Shown: positions 28,618 to 38,998, counted from the first letter of the stretch. The stretch is DNA of 64,000 nt from Candidatus Heimdallarchaeum aukensis (GCA_021513695.1 CP084166.1:1984001-2048000); one strand, 5' to 3'. The notes: a model not told the origin generated them from the sequence alone. A program made the numbers and translations.

Positions 28618-31392
28618 TTAAGTAATATATTGATTCTTTATTTGTAAGATATTTTCAATTTGAAGCATAATACAATACTCTAAACTTTTTGTTAGTTCTA
28701 TTTTCTTTGATTTAGATATTATATGAATTAATTTTTTTAGTTGATTAAGTTTTAATTGTATTATTTTATCTAAAGAAATTTGTGAGAGCAATAACTCGAT
28801 AATCAACTTTGCTGAGTATTCATTGATTTTACAAGCATTATTATCGTTATAATACTCACATTTTACGCAATCAATCAAATTTTCATTTTCAAAAATATCG
28901 TCATTAATTCCAGGTAAATTATTTTCTGATTTTTTGTAATTTATACTGGAAAATAATGAGCTTTTTCTCTCAACTCTCTTTTGTTTTTCGAATTCCATAA
29001 TTTCTGCTGTACCTTGTAAGTTATCACCCTTTCCTATTTCAACTCCTGTGTCATTTTCATTAGTGAAGAATATGCTTTGATTAATGATGTTTCGCATTTC
29101 AATAAAGTTTGTATATAATAGAGGATATCGAATGTTTTTATATCGTTGATTAAGAATAGATCTATATTTTACTTGGGAGACAGGTTTCAGTTCACAATCT
29201 TTTGTTTTTATTTCTCGTGCTTCTATACTATCTTTGCTTAGTATTAAACAATGTCTAGTGGGAAGAGTGTGAATTTTTTTAATAGCTGATTCTGGTAAGT
29301 TTAGTGTTGAAGCAATATATTCTGATTTTTCACTTGTTCTGAAGATTACTTTTGTTGCTGAGTTCCCATGAACAATATTGCTTACACTTTCCCAAAGTTG
29401 AGAAACAGTAATATGTCCTATTCCCAAGTTTCTTCCAAGTAAAAAATTGTTTTCTGCAGTTATTAATGATGCAGAACTGTCTGAGTTATATATTTTAGGA
29501 ATAATATTTACTGCTTCTTCTAAAACAACAACATAGCGTAAAGAATCACTTGTTCCCTTTAAAGAAGCATATTTATAGAACATTTTCAGAATAAGATTTG
29601 TAATTAAAAAAATATCAGAAGGTCTTGCTGCACGTTTTTGAAACTCGCTGAGATCTAGAATTATGCTCTTTCCTCTTTCAAAAATAGAAAAATCTATTGT
29701 CGTAGTATTTACGCCTAAAATCTCAAAATTTGTAGGGTTGAAAATATAATTTAATCTATTTAAAACTGCGTCTAATGTTTGTTGAATGTAAGAAGTGTTT
29801 ATCCTTTCTTTAATCTTTTCTGAAAGTTCAAACAATTTTTCTACAAAAGTACTAAGGTTTGGATTATTCGATTTATGTGTTAAAAAAAGGGTATTTTCAA
29901 ATAAATTTTTCATTGCAGGGCTAAATTCTTGTTTGGCTGACTCCATCATTTCTTCAATTATTAAAATTGTTGATTTCAGATCTTCTTCATCTGTATTCCT
30001 AAATAAATTAATACAGAGAGGATTAGGTTTACCTATTGTATAAATCTCTGCATTCTCATTTGTAACAAATGAAGCAGCATACTCACCTTTAATATCAAAA
30101 ATTAAACAATTAATATTTTCTTTTAACAAATGAGAAATAATATTTTTCACAAAACTTGTTTTTCCCTGTCCAACCATTCCATAGACTTCAATGTTGTACA
30201 ATATGTCTTCAATATTAATCTTACATGCCTCAAAATTGTTATTACCTTCTAAAATTGAACCAACTTCTATTACTTTGTCTGTTTTATCTTTCTTTTTGAA
30301 GTCTAGATTTTTTTCTCTAATCGCTGAAATTGATCCACTTGTAATTCCATCTGGAACATGAAAAAAAGAAATTATGTTGGCGTTATTAATTATTTTTCTA
30401 CTCTTAACTTGTTTTTTTGAAAAAATAACATTCCAAATAGAGGAAGAAAAAACAAGTCTTTTTAATTTAACATGCAAGGAATTTTCGATAATTTTTTTTT
30501 CCAAAGTTGTATCTGTAGAAATATAATAATCAAAAGAATATTTCGTTTTCTTTTTATGTTTAAACATATCAATATATAATGTGGCACTCTTTATTTCTGG
30601 ATTAATAAAAATCTGATAGAATTTATCAATTAAATTTATCTTTTGTTTTTTTAGATTTGTCTTATTTAGCCTATATCTCTTCTTCTGGTGGTTTATAAGA
30701 AAACGAAGATGTTTGATCTGTTTTTTAGATAACACTCTTGTTTCAAGATTGTAATGGAGTAATAATGAGTTTTCAACGTATAGAAGTTTGTTTTTGATAT
30801 TTTTTTCTATTTTCTTTGGATTGAACCCTTTTTCTGCAAATACAAAAGAAAATATTATGTTATTCACTTCTTTTGTCAGCAGTATATTAAACCTGAAATA
30901 GGAGCTAAAAATATCATCTACAAAATCTTGATGATGTTTTTCTCCAAAAAACTTTTTTTGAAGAAATAAAGCTGTATTTTTTTGAACCGTAGCAATAGTC
31001 GATATTCGGTAATAGGGTAGACCGAACTTTTTCTCAATAAAGAATGAGTCATTTTCTATTTCTGAAAAAGGAAGGAATTTTGTTATCATTAAAACTATAC
31101 AGAGCGCTAAAGTGGCATATACAACTCTCCAAAGAATTGTCTTTGTTTTAATGATCAAATTAGAAAAAAAGGCAATAAGATCCAAAAATCTAAAATTAAT
31201 ATCTATATCTAAAAGTGAACTGATACTCAATATTAGTTTGCTATTTACAGGAAGATCATGAAAAATATACAGAAATGAAAAAAAAGATATAACAATAATA
31301 ATAAGATATCGAAGAATTTTACGGAGAAAAAGTTTTTTCTTATGAATAATTCTTTTATTTTGAGGGTAATTAGAATATCGCTTTTTAAACAT
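28618..31392 (-). CDS. membrane-anchored HerA/FtsK-superfamily ATPase (DUF87/VirB4/CedB-like)
   Basis: 2-3 N-terminal TM helices. Walker A GMVGQGKTS is followed by LIFDIKGEYA, the HerA h.D..GEY pattern. Walker B is YVVVLEEAVNI and the sensor/arginine-finger region is GRNLGIGHITVSQLW. 924 aa. Confidence 0.7.
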   Translation of the reverse strand: MFKKRYSNYPQNKRIIHKKKLFLRKILRYLIIIVISFFSFLYIFHDLPVNSKLILSISSLLDIDINFRFLDLIAFFSNLIIKTKTILWRVVYATLALCIVLMITKFLPFSEIENDSFFIEKKFGLPYYRISTIATVQKNTALFLQKKFFGEKHHQDFVDDIFSSYFRFNILLTKEVNNIIFSFVFAEKGFNPKKIEKNIKNKLLYVENSLLLHYNLETRVLSKKQIKHLRFLINHQKKRYRLNKTNLKKQKINLIDKFYQIFINPEIKSATLYIDMFKHKKKTKYSFDYYISTDTTLEKKIIENSLHVKLKRLVFSSSIWNVIFSKKQVKSRKIINNANIISFFHVPDGITSGSISAIREKNLDFKKKDKTDKVIEVGSILEGNNNFEACKINIEDILYNIEVYGMVGQGKTSFVKNIISHLLKENINCLIFDIKGEYAASFVTNENAEIYTIGKPNPLCINLFRNTDEEDLKSTILIIEEMMESAKQEFSPAMKNLFENTLFLTHKSNNPNLSTFVEKLFELSEKIKERINTSYIQQTLDAVLNRLNYIFNPTNFEILGVNTTTIDFSIFERGKSIILDLSEFQKRAARPSDIFLITNLILKMFYKYASLKGTSDSLRYVVVLEEAVNIIPKIYNSDSSASLITAENNFLLGRNLGIGHITVSQLWESVSNIVHGNSATKVIFRTSEKSEYIASTLNLPESAIKKIHTLPTRHCLILSKDSIEAREIKTKDCELKPVSQVKYRSILNQRYKNIRYPLLYTNFIEMRNIINQSIFFTNENDTGVEIGKGDNLQGTAEIMEFEKQKRVERKSSLFSSINYKKSENNLPGINDDIFENENLIDCVKCEYYNDNNACKINEYSAKLIIELLLSQISLDKIIQLKLNQLKKLIHIISKSKKIELTKSLEYCIMLQIENILQIKNQYIT

Positions 31393-31500
31393 TTAACCAC
31401 TTTTAGCGATTTAATTTGTTAACCTAAATAGCCTATAAAAACACAAAGCTTGATTAAAAAAAGAGAAAATAGAGTCTAGATTAACCTAAAAAACTCTAGC

Positions 31501-31704
31501 TCATAACATTTTCAAAATATACATTCCCACTAAAATTATTTCACATAAGAGAAGAAACAGGCTTGCAATTGTAAATCCAAGGATAAATCCAATAACTATA
31601 CTTATCCCATTCATTAAAATTCCAAATAAGATAAAGATGTCATCTATTGTTAATGAAAAGGAAAACTTTTTTCTTGTGATATCACTTTTTTCCAAATAAA
31701 TCAT
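31501..31704 (-). CDS. small 2-TM membrane protein
   Basis: 67-aa ORF with two hydrophobic helices, directly upstream of the HerA-like ATPase on the same strand. Confidence 0.3.
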   Translation of the reverse strand: MIYLEKSDITRKKFSFSLTIDDIFILFGILMNGISIVIGFILGFTIASLFLLLCEIILVGMYILKML

Positions 31705-31986
31705 GTCGATTCTTTTTTGTAAAATAATAAGTTTTTTGTTTTAATAACGATTTCTTGTTCTTTTTCTAAAAAAAGAGTTTATAAAAGAAAAAATTTGTTT
31801 AACAACGTCCTATAGCCTGCAGAATACAATTTGCATCTTTTTATTTATATCTTAAAAGATTCGATTGAGCAACTCATTTTCTCGAAGTTAAAAAACTTTA
31901 AAAAGAAAATGGAAGTGGTGATATTAGGTTCTAACCGCGCTTGACCGTTGGTTATATCCCAAACGGAAGCGGTAGAGGTTGATATT

Positions 31987-32628
31987 ATGAATGAACAACA
32001 ATTTAGTAAAGCTATTGAAGCTGTAAAAGAAAAATCGCCCAAAAGAAAGTTCGTTGAATCGATTGATATGGCTATAAATCTTAAGGATGTAAATCTCAAA
32101 GATCCATCTAAGAGGTTTCAGATAGATGTTATTCTTCCCCACGAGATAGAAAAAGAAATAAAAATCTGTCTCTTTGGTGAAGGTTCTCATCTAATTGAAG
32201 CACAGCAACTCAAAATATCTAAAGTAATTGATAGAAAAGAGTTGGAAAACATATCTCGTGATCCTAAGTTAGCAAAGAAGATTGCACAGAGTTATGATTT
32301 CTTCATTTCCAGCGCACAACTTATGCCTGTTATCGGTAAAACATTAGGGCGATATTTAGGGCCTAGAGGAAAAATGCCTAGACCCGTCCCGCCAACCGAA
32401 CAACTAGAACCCCTAGTGAAAAACTATAGTCGAACCGTTAAATTACGTTTAAGGCAAAATCCTGTCGTACATTCACGAATTGGAACAATGAACATGGATA
32501 CACAATACTTAGCAGAAAATGCAATGGCTGTACTTCGTGCTGTAGAGGGAAAACTCGAAAGAGGCGCAAGTAACATAAAATCAATTTATCTTAAATCGAC
32601 TATGGGTCCTTCAGTAAAAGTAGAATAG
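31987..32628 (+). CDS. rpl1: 50S ribosomal protein L1 (uL1)
   Basis: Typical L1 sequence. I trimmed the start to ATG at 31987; the track ORF begins at an upstream TTG. Confidence 0.9.
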   Translation: MNEQQFSKAIEAVKEKSPKRKFVESIDMAINLKDVNLKDPSKRFQIDVILPHEIEKEIKICLFGEGSHLIEAQQLKISKVIDRKELENISRDPKLAKKIAQSYDFFISSAQLMPVIGKTLGRYLGPRGKMPRPVPPTEQLEPLVKNYSRTVKLRLRQNPVVHSRIGTMNMDTQYLAENAMAVLRAVEGKLERGASNIKSIYLKSTMGPSVKVE

Positions 32629-32637
32629 GTGACATAA

Positions 32638-33654
32638 ATGTCGTCAGTAAGAATTTCAGAAGCAAAAATACAAACAGTAGAGAAACTCAAATCAGAATTG
32701 CTTTCCTATCCTATTATCGGTCTCGTAAAAATTGAGAACATTAATGCACGTGTAGTACAGAAGATGAGATCAGAACTTAGAAAAGAAGCTAAAATAGTAA
32801 TGGCAAAGAACAATTTAATGAAACTAGCAATAGATCAAGTGAAAGATAAAGTAAAGGGGATAGAACAACTAAAAGAATACATTAAAGGACCTTGTGCATT
32901 TTTATTAACAAAAACTAATCCTTTCAAACTAGCAACATACATGAACACAAACAAAGTTCCTGCCCCAGCAAAACCAGGACAAATAGCTTCAAATGATATA
33001 GTTGTTCCTGCAATGAATACAGGTATCCCTCCAGGACCCGTAATATCTGAATTGCAATCACTCGGACTGAAAACTAGAATTGAAGGAGGACAGATAAAAA
33101 TAGCTGAACCCTCCGTCGTTACAAAAGAAGGAGAAAAAGTAACTCGTTCTGTTGCTTTATTACTACGAAGATTGAACATTGAGCCTTTCTTCGTGGGATT
33201 AAGCATGACAGTAGCTCTACAAGATGGAACACTATTACACGGAAAAGATTTGATAGTAGACTATGAACAATATCTCAATAACTTACAATATGCCCATAGC
33301 AGAGCTTTGAACTTAGCAGTTAATGCAGGAATCGTAACAAAAAGAAGCTTACCTATTTTGATACAAAAAGTCTATCAACAAGCAATAAACTTGACTGTTA
33401 ATGCTGGAATAGCAACAACACGCACATTACCTATGTTACTCGCAAAAGTAAGAAGCCAAGCATTAGCGTTGACTAGAATAATAGGTGAAATAGATAGTAA
33501 TGCTGTTTCTGCTAAAGCGCTAGAAGCAGCAAAAACGGCTTCGGTGGCACAAAAAACCACTGTAAGCACGGACAATAAACAAAAACAAGAAGAAAAAGAA
33601 GAAGAGCCAGAAGAAGAGGAAGAAGACCTCGGATTAGGCGCACTATTTGGATAG
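32638..33654 (+). CDS. rpl10: 50S ribosomal protein L10 / acidic stalk protein P0
   Basis: Internal P1-binding helix repeats and the acidic C-terminus ...[13 protein letters not shown]. Confidence 0.9.
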   Translation: MSSVRISEAKIQTVEKLKSELLSYPIIGLVKIENINARVVQKMRSELRKEAKIVMAKNNLMKLAIDQVKDKVKGIEQLKEYIKGPCAFLLTKTNPFKLATYMNTNKVPAPAKPGQIASNDIVVPAMNTGIPPGPVISELQSLGLKTRIEGGQIKIAEPSVVTKEGEKVTRSVALLLRRLNIEPFFVGLSMTVALQDGTLLHGKDLIVDYEQYLNNLQYAHSRALNLAVNAGIVTKRSLPILIQKVYQQAINLTVNAGIATTRTLPMLLAKVRSQALALTRIIGEIDSNAVSAKALEAAKTASVAQKTTVSTDNKQKQEEKEEEPEEEEEDLGLGALFG

Positions 33655-33664
33655 GTGAAAAAAA

Positions 33665-33967
33665 ATGGAATATGTATATGCAGCAATGATCCTACATGAA
33701 TTAGGAAAAGAAATAAATGAACAAGCAGTAAAAAAGGTTCTTGAAGCAGCAGGAGCTTCAGTAGATGAGTCAAGAGTAAAAGCTCTAGTAGCAGCTCTTG
33801 AAGAAGTAGACATCGAACAAGCTCTAGAAACAGCAGTAATGGCTGCTGCAGCTCCTTCAGCTCCAGCTTCAGCAGGTGGTGCAGAAGAAAAAGCTGAAGA
33901 GAAAAAAGAAGAACCTGAAGAAGAGGAAGAAGAAGAAGATCTAGGTCTTGGAGCTTTATTCGGATAA
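33665..33967 (+). CDS. rpl12: 50S ribosomal protein L12 / stalk protein P1
   Basis: [18 protein letters not shown]-terminus, an Ala-rich hinge, and the C-terminal [14 protein letters not shown]. Confidence 0.9.
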   Translation: MEYVYAAMILHELGKEINEQAVKKVLEAAGASVDESRVKALVAALEEVDIEQALETAVMAAAAPSAPASAGGAEEKAEEKKEEPEEEEEEEDLGLGALFG

Positions 33968-34186
33968 AGCAAAATAAAGACCAAAGTCTTCTGAAGAAAA
34001 TTTTTTCTTTTCTTTATTCTCTTTTTAATTATTTATTTTTTTTAAGAACAATATTTTGAGAAAAAGAGAGTAAACTAAAAAATAAAGTTTGAAGCTTTAA
34101 AAGAAGAAGATAACAATAGAAAAGCTTTTTTAGGTACAAAAAAAAAGAATTATCGTAAATTAAAAACGCTATGGAAAAAGAAGAAA

Positions 34187-34260
34187 GCGGGGTTAGCAGA
34201 GTAGTTATGCGGCGGTCTGCAAAACCGTGGACAGGAGTGCAAATCTCCTACCCCGCTCCA
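34187..34260 (+). tRNA. tRNA-Cys (GCA), CCA encoded
   Basis: Manually folded: 7/7 acceptor pairs (GCGGGGT/ACCCCGC), a 5-bp anticodon stem, loop CTGCAAA, a 5-bp T stem with loop TGCAAAT, and discriminator U as expected for Cys. The D arm is slightly atypical (G19 replaced). Confidence 0.75.
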
Positions 34261-34438
34261 ATAAGAGAAGAAAAAAACTTTTTTGAAAAATATTATTGCG
34301 TCAAAAGTTATGCTACTAATAACAGTCTAAACTTAAAAAAAGAATGTTTAGAAAATCAGAAAGTAAGAACATTCAGAGTACAGTAATATCGTAGGAAAAA
34401 CAATACTTAAATTAAGTTAGACGAAAGAGCAAACAATT

Positions 34439-35326
34439 ATGGTTTTTGTAATCTTTGTAGCTGGTTTACTAGAACATGATTCAGGAAAAACTACTCTATC
34501 TAAAGAGATAATCAAACACTTTAAGGACGAAGAAAATATAATAGTACAACCTTTCAAACCTTTAAGTGGGAATAATTTATATTATAACTTCAAAGAAATA
34601 AGAAAAAATTTTGATAAATACAAAGAGATACTATCACTAGATATAATAGAACTAGTAGAACAAGCAGAGACTAAAGTAGAAAATCCAACAATTAATAACC
34701 CAGTTCATAAATTAAATACGCCAGCAATACCTTACGAATTCATAAAGGAAGGAGTGACTCAAACTTATTATAATAGATTTACAGAAAGTGTGGCGTTAAT
34801 ACAAAGATTTACAATTATAGAAGAAGAGAATAAAAGCAAAAATTACTATATAATAAATAATCAAAGCTATAAAAATGCAAAGTTCTTTAATGAAGAAGAG
34901 ATAATAGAAGAATTAAGAAAAAAGGCAGAGAAAATAAACACATACTCAAATGAAGAAGAGTATATAGCTCTAAATATGGATTATTATGCTAAAGCAACAG
35001 AATCAACATTTAATTATTTTGAAAAAAAAGAAAAAATAATACTAATTGAGGGGTTTAACAACTCAGCTCATCCAGCGTGGTGCGTGAGAAAAGCAAATAT
35101 AGTAATATTAGTAGGACCAGGAACAATAATAACATACGAACCAGAAAAATACTTTACAGCAATAGATAATTATAGAATGATAAATAGAGAAAAATTAACA
35201 ATAACAAGTGATATAGTAAAACTACAAAAACCTGATGCAATGTTTAGATTTTCACTAAATAAGGAAGATCTGGATAAAAAAATAAAAAAGTTAATTGAGG
35301 AAATAAACAAAAAAAAGATAAAATAA
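34439..35326 (+). CDS. hypothetical protein with BioD/CobQ-like P-loop-like N-terminus
   Basis: N-terminal FVAGLLEHDSGKTTL resembles the VTGTdT.VGKT motif of BioD-like NTPases but is non-canonical. 295 aa. It lies between two tRNA genes. Confidence 0.3.
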   Translation: MVFVIFVAGLLEHDSGKTTLSKEIIKHFKDEENIIVQPFKPLSGNNLYYNFKEIRKNFDKYKEILSLDIIELVEQAETKVENPTINNPVHKLNTPAIPYEFIKEGVTQTYYNRFTESVALIQRFTIIEEENKSKNYYIINNQSYKNAKFFNEEEIIEELRKKAEKINTYSNEEEYIALNMDYYAKATESTFNYFEKKEKIILIEGFNNSAHPAWCVRKANIVILVGPGTIITYEPEKYFTAIDNYRMINREKLTITSDIVKLQKPDAMFRFSLNKEDLDKKIKKLIEEINKKKIK

Positions 35327-35497
35327 ATTGAGAATAAGATAAAATTAATTTAAAACAAAAACAAAGTAAAATTCTAGATATGCTGATTCGTTAATTCTCT
35401 TTTTTAAATTGCTAGAGAAATATATTAGGCAAAAATCCGATCTCATACAGCATTTAAAAGTTGGAAAAGTCTTAATTTGAAATAAGAAAAATGCAAG

Positions 35498-35605
35498 TGG
35501 TGCACGCGCCGGGATTTGAACCCGGGTTCCGTCAGTTCCACAACTACTTTCATACAGAAAGCAGCTTGGCAGTGACGAGTCCTAGCCAAACTAGACTACG
35601 CGAGC
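35498..35605 (-). tRNA. tRNA-Gly (GCC) with 31-nt intron at 37/38, CCA encoded
   Basis: Reverse complement folds as acceptor GCTCGCG/CGCGTGC (one U-U mismatch at 3:70), D stem GTCT/GGAC, anticodon stem CGTCA/TGACG, loop CU-GCC-A, a canonical T arm (CCGGG-TTCAAAT-CCCGG), and discriminator A. The intron region forms a bulge-helix-bulge: two 3-nt bulges separated by the 4-bp helix CUGC/GGUG. Confidence 0.7.
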
Positions 35606-35763
35606 ATAAATTATTTTTAACTAATTTCTGATTAATGCTTTTTCCTTCTTAATTAAATTTTTCGCTTATTGTTATGCTTTTCTTGATGTTGTAAATTCAA
35701 CGAAAATGGTTTAATAACTTTCCAAAAGATCTATTTTTTTTGAGATAATGAATGTAATTTAAC

Positions 35764-36675
35764 TTACTGTTCTTGTTTAACCCTTATTTTTTTCCAAACA
35801 ATTTCTTCATTTTTGGGCATTGTTTTATTTTGTACAAAGAATTCATCTATATATTCACACATTCTACACGTTTTGTTACAATAGTTCTTGTCTTTAATTC
35901 TAGGTGATAATTGTTCTTCAGATTTTAGTTTCTCAACAAAGGATATAATACTACTAATCCTTTTTAATTCTATATCCTCCTTAGGTATATCTAATATTAT
36001 TCTTTTCTTTTCATCATTGTTATTTAAGTACCACAGTTCAGGAGTAATTTCGATATTAGGTTTCTTTTTTCTAATAATTTCTGAGTAGGTTAACACTTGC
36101 CTTTTATCTCTTGGTGATTTTTTTCCTGTTTTTAGTTCTATCACTCTTATTGCTGTTCGATCTACTGTCCAAGCTAATATGTCTATTCTGCCTGTTAAAA
36201 GAAATTTTTCTGATAATTCATACTCAATTTTGTATTCAGTTCCGATAACAAGAGAAATTAATCTTCCTTTATTATTCTCTTCAACTAAAGTAGAACAAAG
36301 CATAGCCAAAGAGCGTAAATTAAAATAAAGCTCATCGTCAAACTTTACTTCTTTTTCTCTTTCAATTATACAATCAAAGTCCTTTTCTCCATCAGGAAAG
36401 AAAAATCTTTCTGTCAACTCATATAAAGCGGTAAAAAAAGATTCTTTGACGGATAGTTTTTCGTGTATGTAAAAATGTTGTACTAAGTCGAAATTGTTTG
36501 ATAAAACAGATTGTAGAAGTAGATGGTAAAAAGTTCCTAGCTCCATAGATCTTGAAGAAGAAGCATACTCTCTCAATTTATTCATTTTAAGTAGAACTTC
36601 AATATACGGTCTTATTGTACAAAAATCATCTTCAAGAACATCAGTAACGCTAATACTAACATGTTTTTGGAACAT
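35764..36675 (-). CDS. Cas4-like PD-(D/E)xK nuclease (DUF83/RecB-nuclease family)
   Basis: N-terminal Cys (DDFCTIRPY), GTFYHLL, motif II GRIDILAW, motif III IELKTGK, a QxxxY (QVLTY) motif, and a C-terminal C-x3-C-x2-C cluster (CNKTCRMC). Start set at the ATG; a GTG lies 9 nt upstream. Confidence 0.6.
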   Translation of the reverse strand: MFQKHVSISVTDVLEDDFCTIRPYIEVLLKMNKLREYASSSRSMELGTFYHLLLQSVLSNNFDLVQHFYIHEKLSVKESFFTALYELTERFFFPDGEKDFDCIIEREKEVKFDDELYFNLRSLAMLCSTLVEENNKGRLISLVIGTEYKIEYELSEKFLLTGRIDILAWTVDRTAIRVIELKTGKKSPRDKRQVLTYSEIIRKKKPNIEITPELWYLNNNDEKKRIILDIPKEDIELKRISSIISFVEKLKSEEQLSPRIKDKNYCNKTCRMCEYIDEFFVQNKTMPKNEEIVWKKIRVKQEQ

Positions 36676-36764
36676 GACATTCACGCTAATCTTTAATCTT
36701 TTAATAAATTTATAAAAAAGAAAAAAACATAGTCAAAAATAACACATCTTATTTTTTTATTATT

Positions 36765-38219
36765 ATGTTTATATATCGAAAAGTTATTTTTGAATTTGAA
36801 ATGGCTTCAAGAACACATATTCAAGAATATGAATCATGTATTGTTTTCCAGAAATTTATGATCGAAGAAAACATACTTGTTAATTTCTGTAAACATATCG
36901 ATTTTGGCATAGATGGTGAGCTGGATATATTACAAGAAGAGCCAAGGGATGATTTTTACGAAGAACGTAGAGCAATAGATATAGATTTAAGGAAAAAGGC
37001 TTTTGTTCAACTCAAATCTAAAAGAGAAAAAAGTAGGGTAAATGAAGATGGAACTGTTTCATATAGCTTTAAAAAACGACATTTAAAACTATGGCAAAAT
37101 TCGCCCATACCCGTTTTTGTTTTTTTGGTTTACCTTGATGACTCAAAAGAGATCTATTGGACATATGTTGATATTGACTTACAAATAGAAGAAGGGGAAT
37201 CGGAATGCCAAAACCTTACTCTTGAAAAACTAGAGAGGGGATGTAGAAATAAATTCAATAAGATAATTGAGGAGCATTATAAAAAAACAGGATACAAATA
37301 TAATGTCTCAACAAAATTACCAATGTTTAGAGATTTTATTGAAAGGAGAAAGCAAGGTTTAGAACTAAGAAAAAGTTTGATTTTCAAGGAATTAAATCCA
37401 ATAGAAGATAAAAAGGCTAAAATGTTAAGTCCTTTTCCTAAATCAGGATTGAGAAGCAAAACCAGCTACTCAGGATATGCCTTATCTATAGATGATTTCT
37501 ATGAAAAAATAGATGACGATGAATACATTAATGAGCTTTTTAGCCGTAAATCAAGGATAGAAAGCAATATTATTGAGAGTGTATATAAAGCAGAAGTAGC
37601 AAAGATAAAATATGATCTTGTAAATAATCACGAAACATTTTTTGATGATAGTTGGATTGAAATATTTGAAAATATAACAAAAATAACAGAGGAATATACA
37701 AGACCTATTTTGTTTATTAATAGTGAACTAAGAGATATTATTCGAGGGATTCCTGCAGCAGATAGACCTAGTCTAGTAAATCAAGTTCTTCATAATTCAA
37801 AAGAAGATGCAATATCACATTCTCATTATGAAAACATAATAAATGGAAAAAATGTTTATTTCTATTTCTTTTATATTCCTAGACACTTAAGTAAAAAGTT
37901 TCCTGTGTTAAACGATATTAAAATAATTATCTTAGATAGAGAAAAGGTAAAATATATTGTTAAAGAGCCATTAAGATTAGAATGGAGGACGATTACTAGG
38001 CCAGTTCAAGTTGATATTATCGATGGCGCAGCATATAAAGTTACAAAAAAAGAAGAAGAGTGGGATTGGTTTGACTTTACTTGTTATACTATAGGAGAAA
38101 TAAGAAATGAAGGACCAATAAAAATATACAAATTTTCCGAAGATGAGAAAAAGGAATTACAAGACTTTGAAGATAGACTAATAAAACTTACAAAATCAAG
38201 AAAGATTACCAAGGAATAA
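36765..38219 (+). CDS. hypothetical protein with N-terminal DUF4365-like (restriction-endonuclease-fold) module
   Basis: N-terminal IDFGIDGELDIL ... AFVQLKSK ... HLKLWQNSPIPVFVFLVY resembles the DxGIDG / VQ[VL]KS / PV.LV pattern of DUF4365, which I recall from memory only. A large ~330-aa C-terminal region has no recognised motif. Confidence 0.4.
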   Translation: MFIYRKVIFEFEMASRTHIQEYESCIVFQKFMIEENILVNFCKHIDFGIDGELDILQEEPRDDFYEERRAIDIDLRKKAFVQLKSKREKSRVNEDGTVSYSFKKRHLKLWQNSPIPVFVFLVYLDDSKEIYWTYVDIDLQIEEGESECQNLTLEKLERGCRNKFNKIIEEHYKKTGYKYNVSTKLPMFRDFIERRKQGLELRKSLIFKELNPIEDKKAKMLSPFPKSGLRSKTSYSGYALSIDDFYEKIDDDEYINELFSRKSRIESNIIESVYKAEVAKIKYDLVNNHETFFDDSWIEIFENITKITEEYTRPILFINSELRDIIRGIPAADRPSLVNQVLHNSKEDAISHSHYENIINGKNVYFYFFYIPRHLSKKFPVLNDIKIIILDREKVKYIVKEPLRLEWRTITRPVQVDIIDGAAYKVTKKEEEWDWFDFTCYTIGEIRNEGPIKIYKFSEDEKKELQDFEDRLIKLTKSRKITKE

Positions 38220-38240
38220 TCACGTTTATTTTTTATTTAC

Positions 38241-38540
38241 TTATTCGTCTATTATTTTTTGTATTTCTTGTATAAATTCTGCTACTTTAGTTCCTTTTTC
38301 TGTTAGGCTAAAAACACGTTTATTGTAAGGAGGTAGGTATTCCTCTTCTATGAGTTCAAGGACGAGAAGTTTGTTAAGTGAAGTATAAACAGATGTTTGT
38401 GCTATACCAGGTATATTATCTATCAGTTGTGTGATCATTGCTTTTTTTTCAGATAATAGGTATAACAGTATCCTAAGAGCTCCTTTTTGTTCAAGTAAAG
38501 AAAGGGAACCTTCTCGTTCTCTCATTCTTCGGTATCCCAT
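38241..38540 (-). CDS. winged-helix transcription regulator (PadR/ArsR-like)
   Basis: 99 aa: LRILLYLLSEKKAMITQLIDNIPGIAQTSVYTSLNKLLVLELIEE... resembles HTH plus wing. Confidence 0.5.
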   Translation of the reverse strand: MGYRRMREREGSLSLLEQKGALRILLYLLSEKKAMITQLIDNIPGIAQTSVYTSLNKLLVLELIEEEYLPPYNKRVFSLTEKGTKVAEFIQEIQKIIDE

Positions 38541-38998
38541 ACCCTTAAACTGTCTAAGAGCTAAAAAATATTCTTATACAATTAATGTATGCATATATAC
38601 GAATGTTTTATATATGAGTAAACCAAATAATACGTAGGGGTTAAGCGACAGAATAAAAATAGAAATGAACCTAAGGAGCGATGAAAAAAGAATGATGGGT
38701 CAAAGATATGAGAAGAAAAGAAGAAAAAAACGTATATACGCCTTCTTCTGTAGTCTGTTCCGTACATAAATATATAGGGGACAAAGAGTTAGGTGTTTTG
38801 TGGATAAGTATTCAACTAGAGGGTGTAAAGCCTGATTTTTATAGTTTTGTTAGTAGAACATTTATAGGAAAAAAGTTTCTTTTATTTTTTTCTGCGTTTA
38901 TAAATTATTTTTATGATAAATATTGTAAACAACAAACCAAGAGGAGGAAAGAGAAGGACTTCTTCACTTCAAAAAAGTGAAACCGTGTGGTGGAGTTT

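Noticed and set aside
31948-31986. TTG-initiated 13-codon extension of rpl1
   Set aside because: The ATG at 31987 gives the canonical L1 N-terminus.
32835-33984. Antisense ORFs across the rpl10/rpl12 genes (32835..33206-, 33375..33773-, 33643..33984-)
   Set aside because: Reverse strand of highly conserved ribosomal protein genes. The Ser/Ala-rich products mirror the Glu/Ala-rich stalk tails.
34171-34386. 71-aa ORF overlapping tRNA-Cys
   Set aside because: Its first 90 nt are the tRNA-Cys gene; the ORF is spurious.
38582-38980. ORFs 38582..38767- and 38708..38980+ between the wHTH gene and the ParA-coupled gene
   Set aside because: Low-complexity F/S/K-rich products that overlap each other. 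Probably non-coding promoter region.
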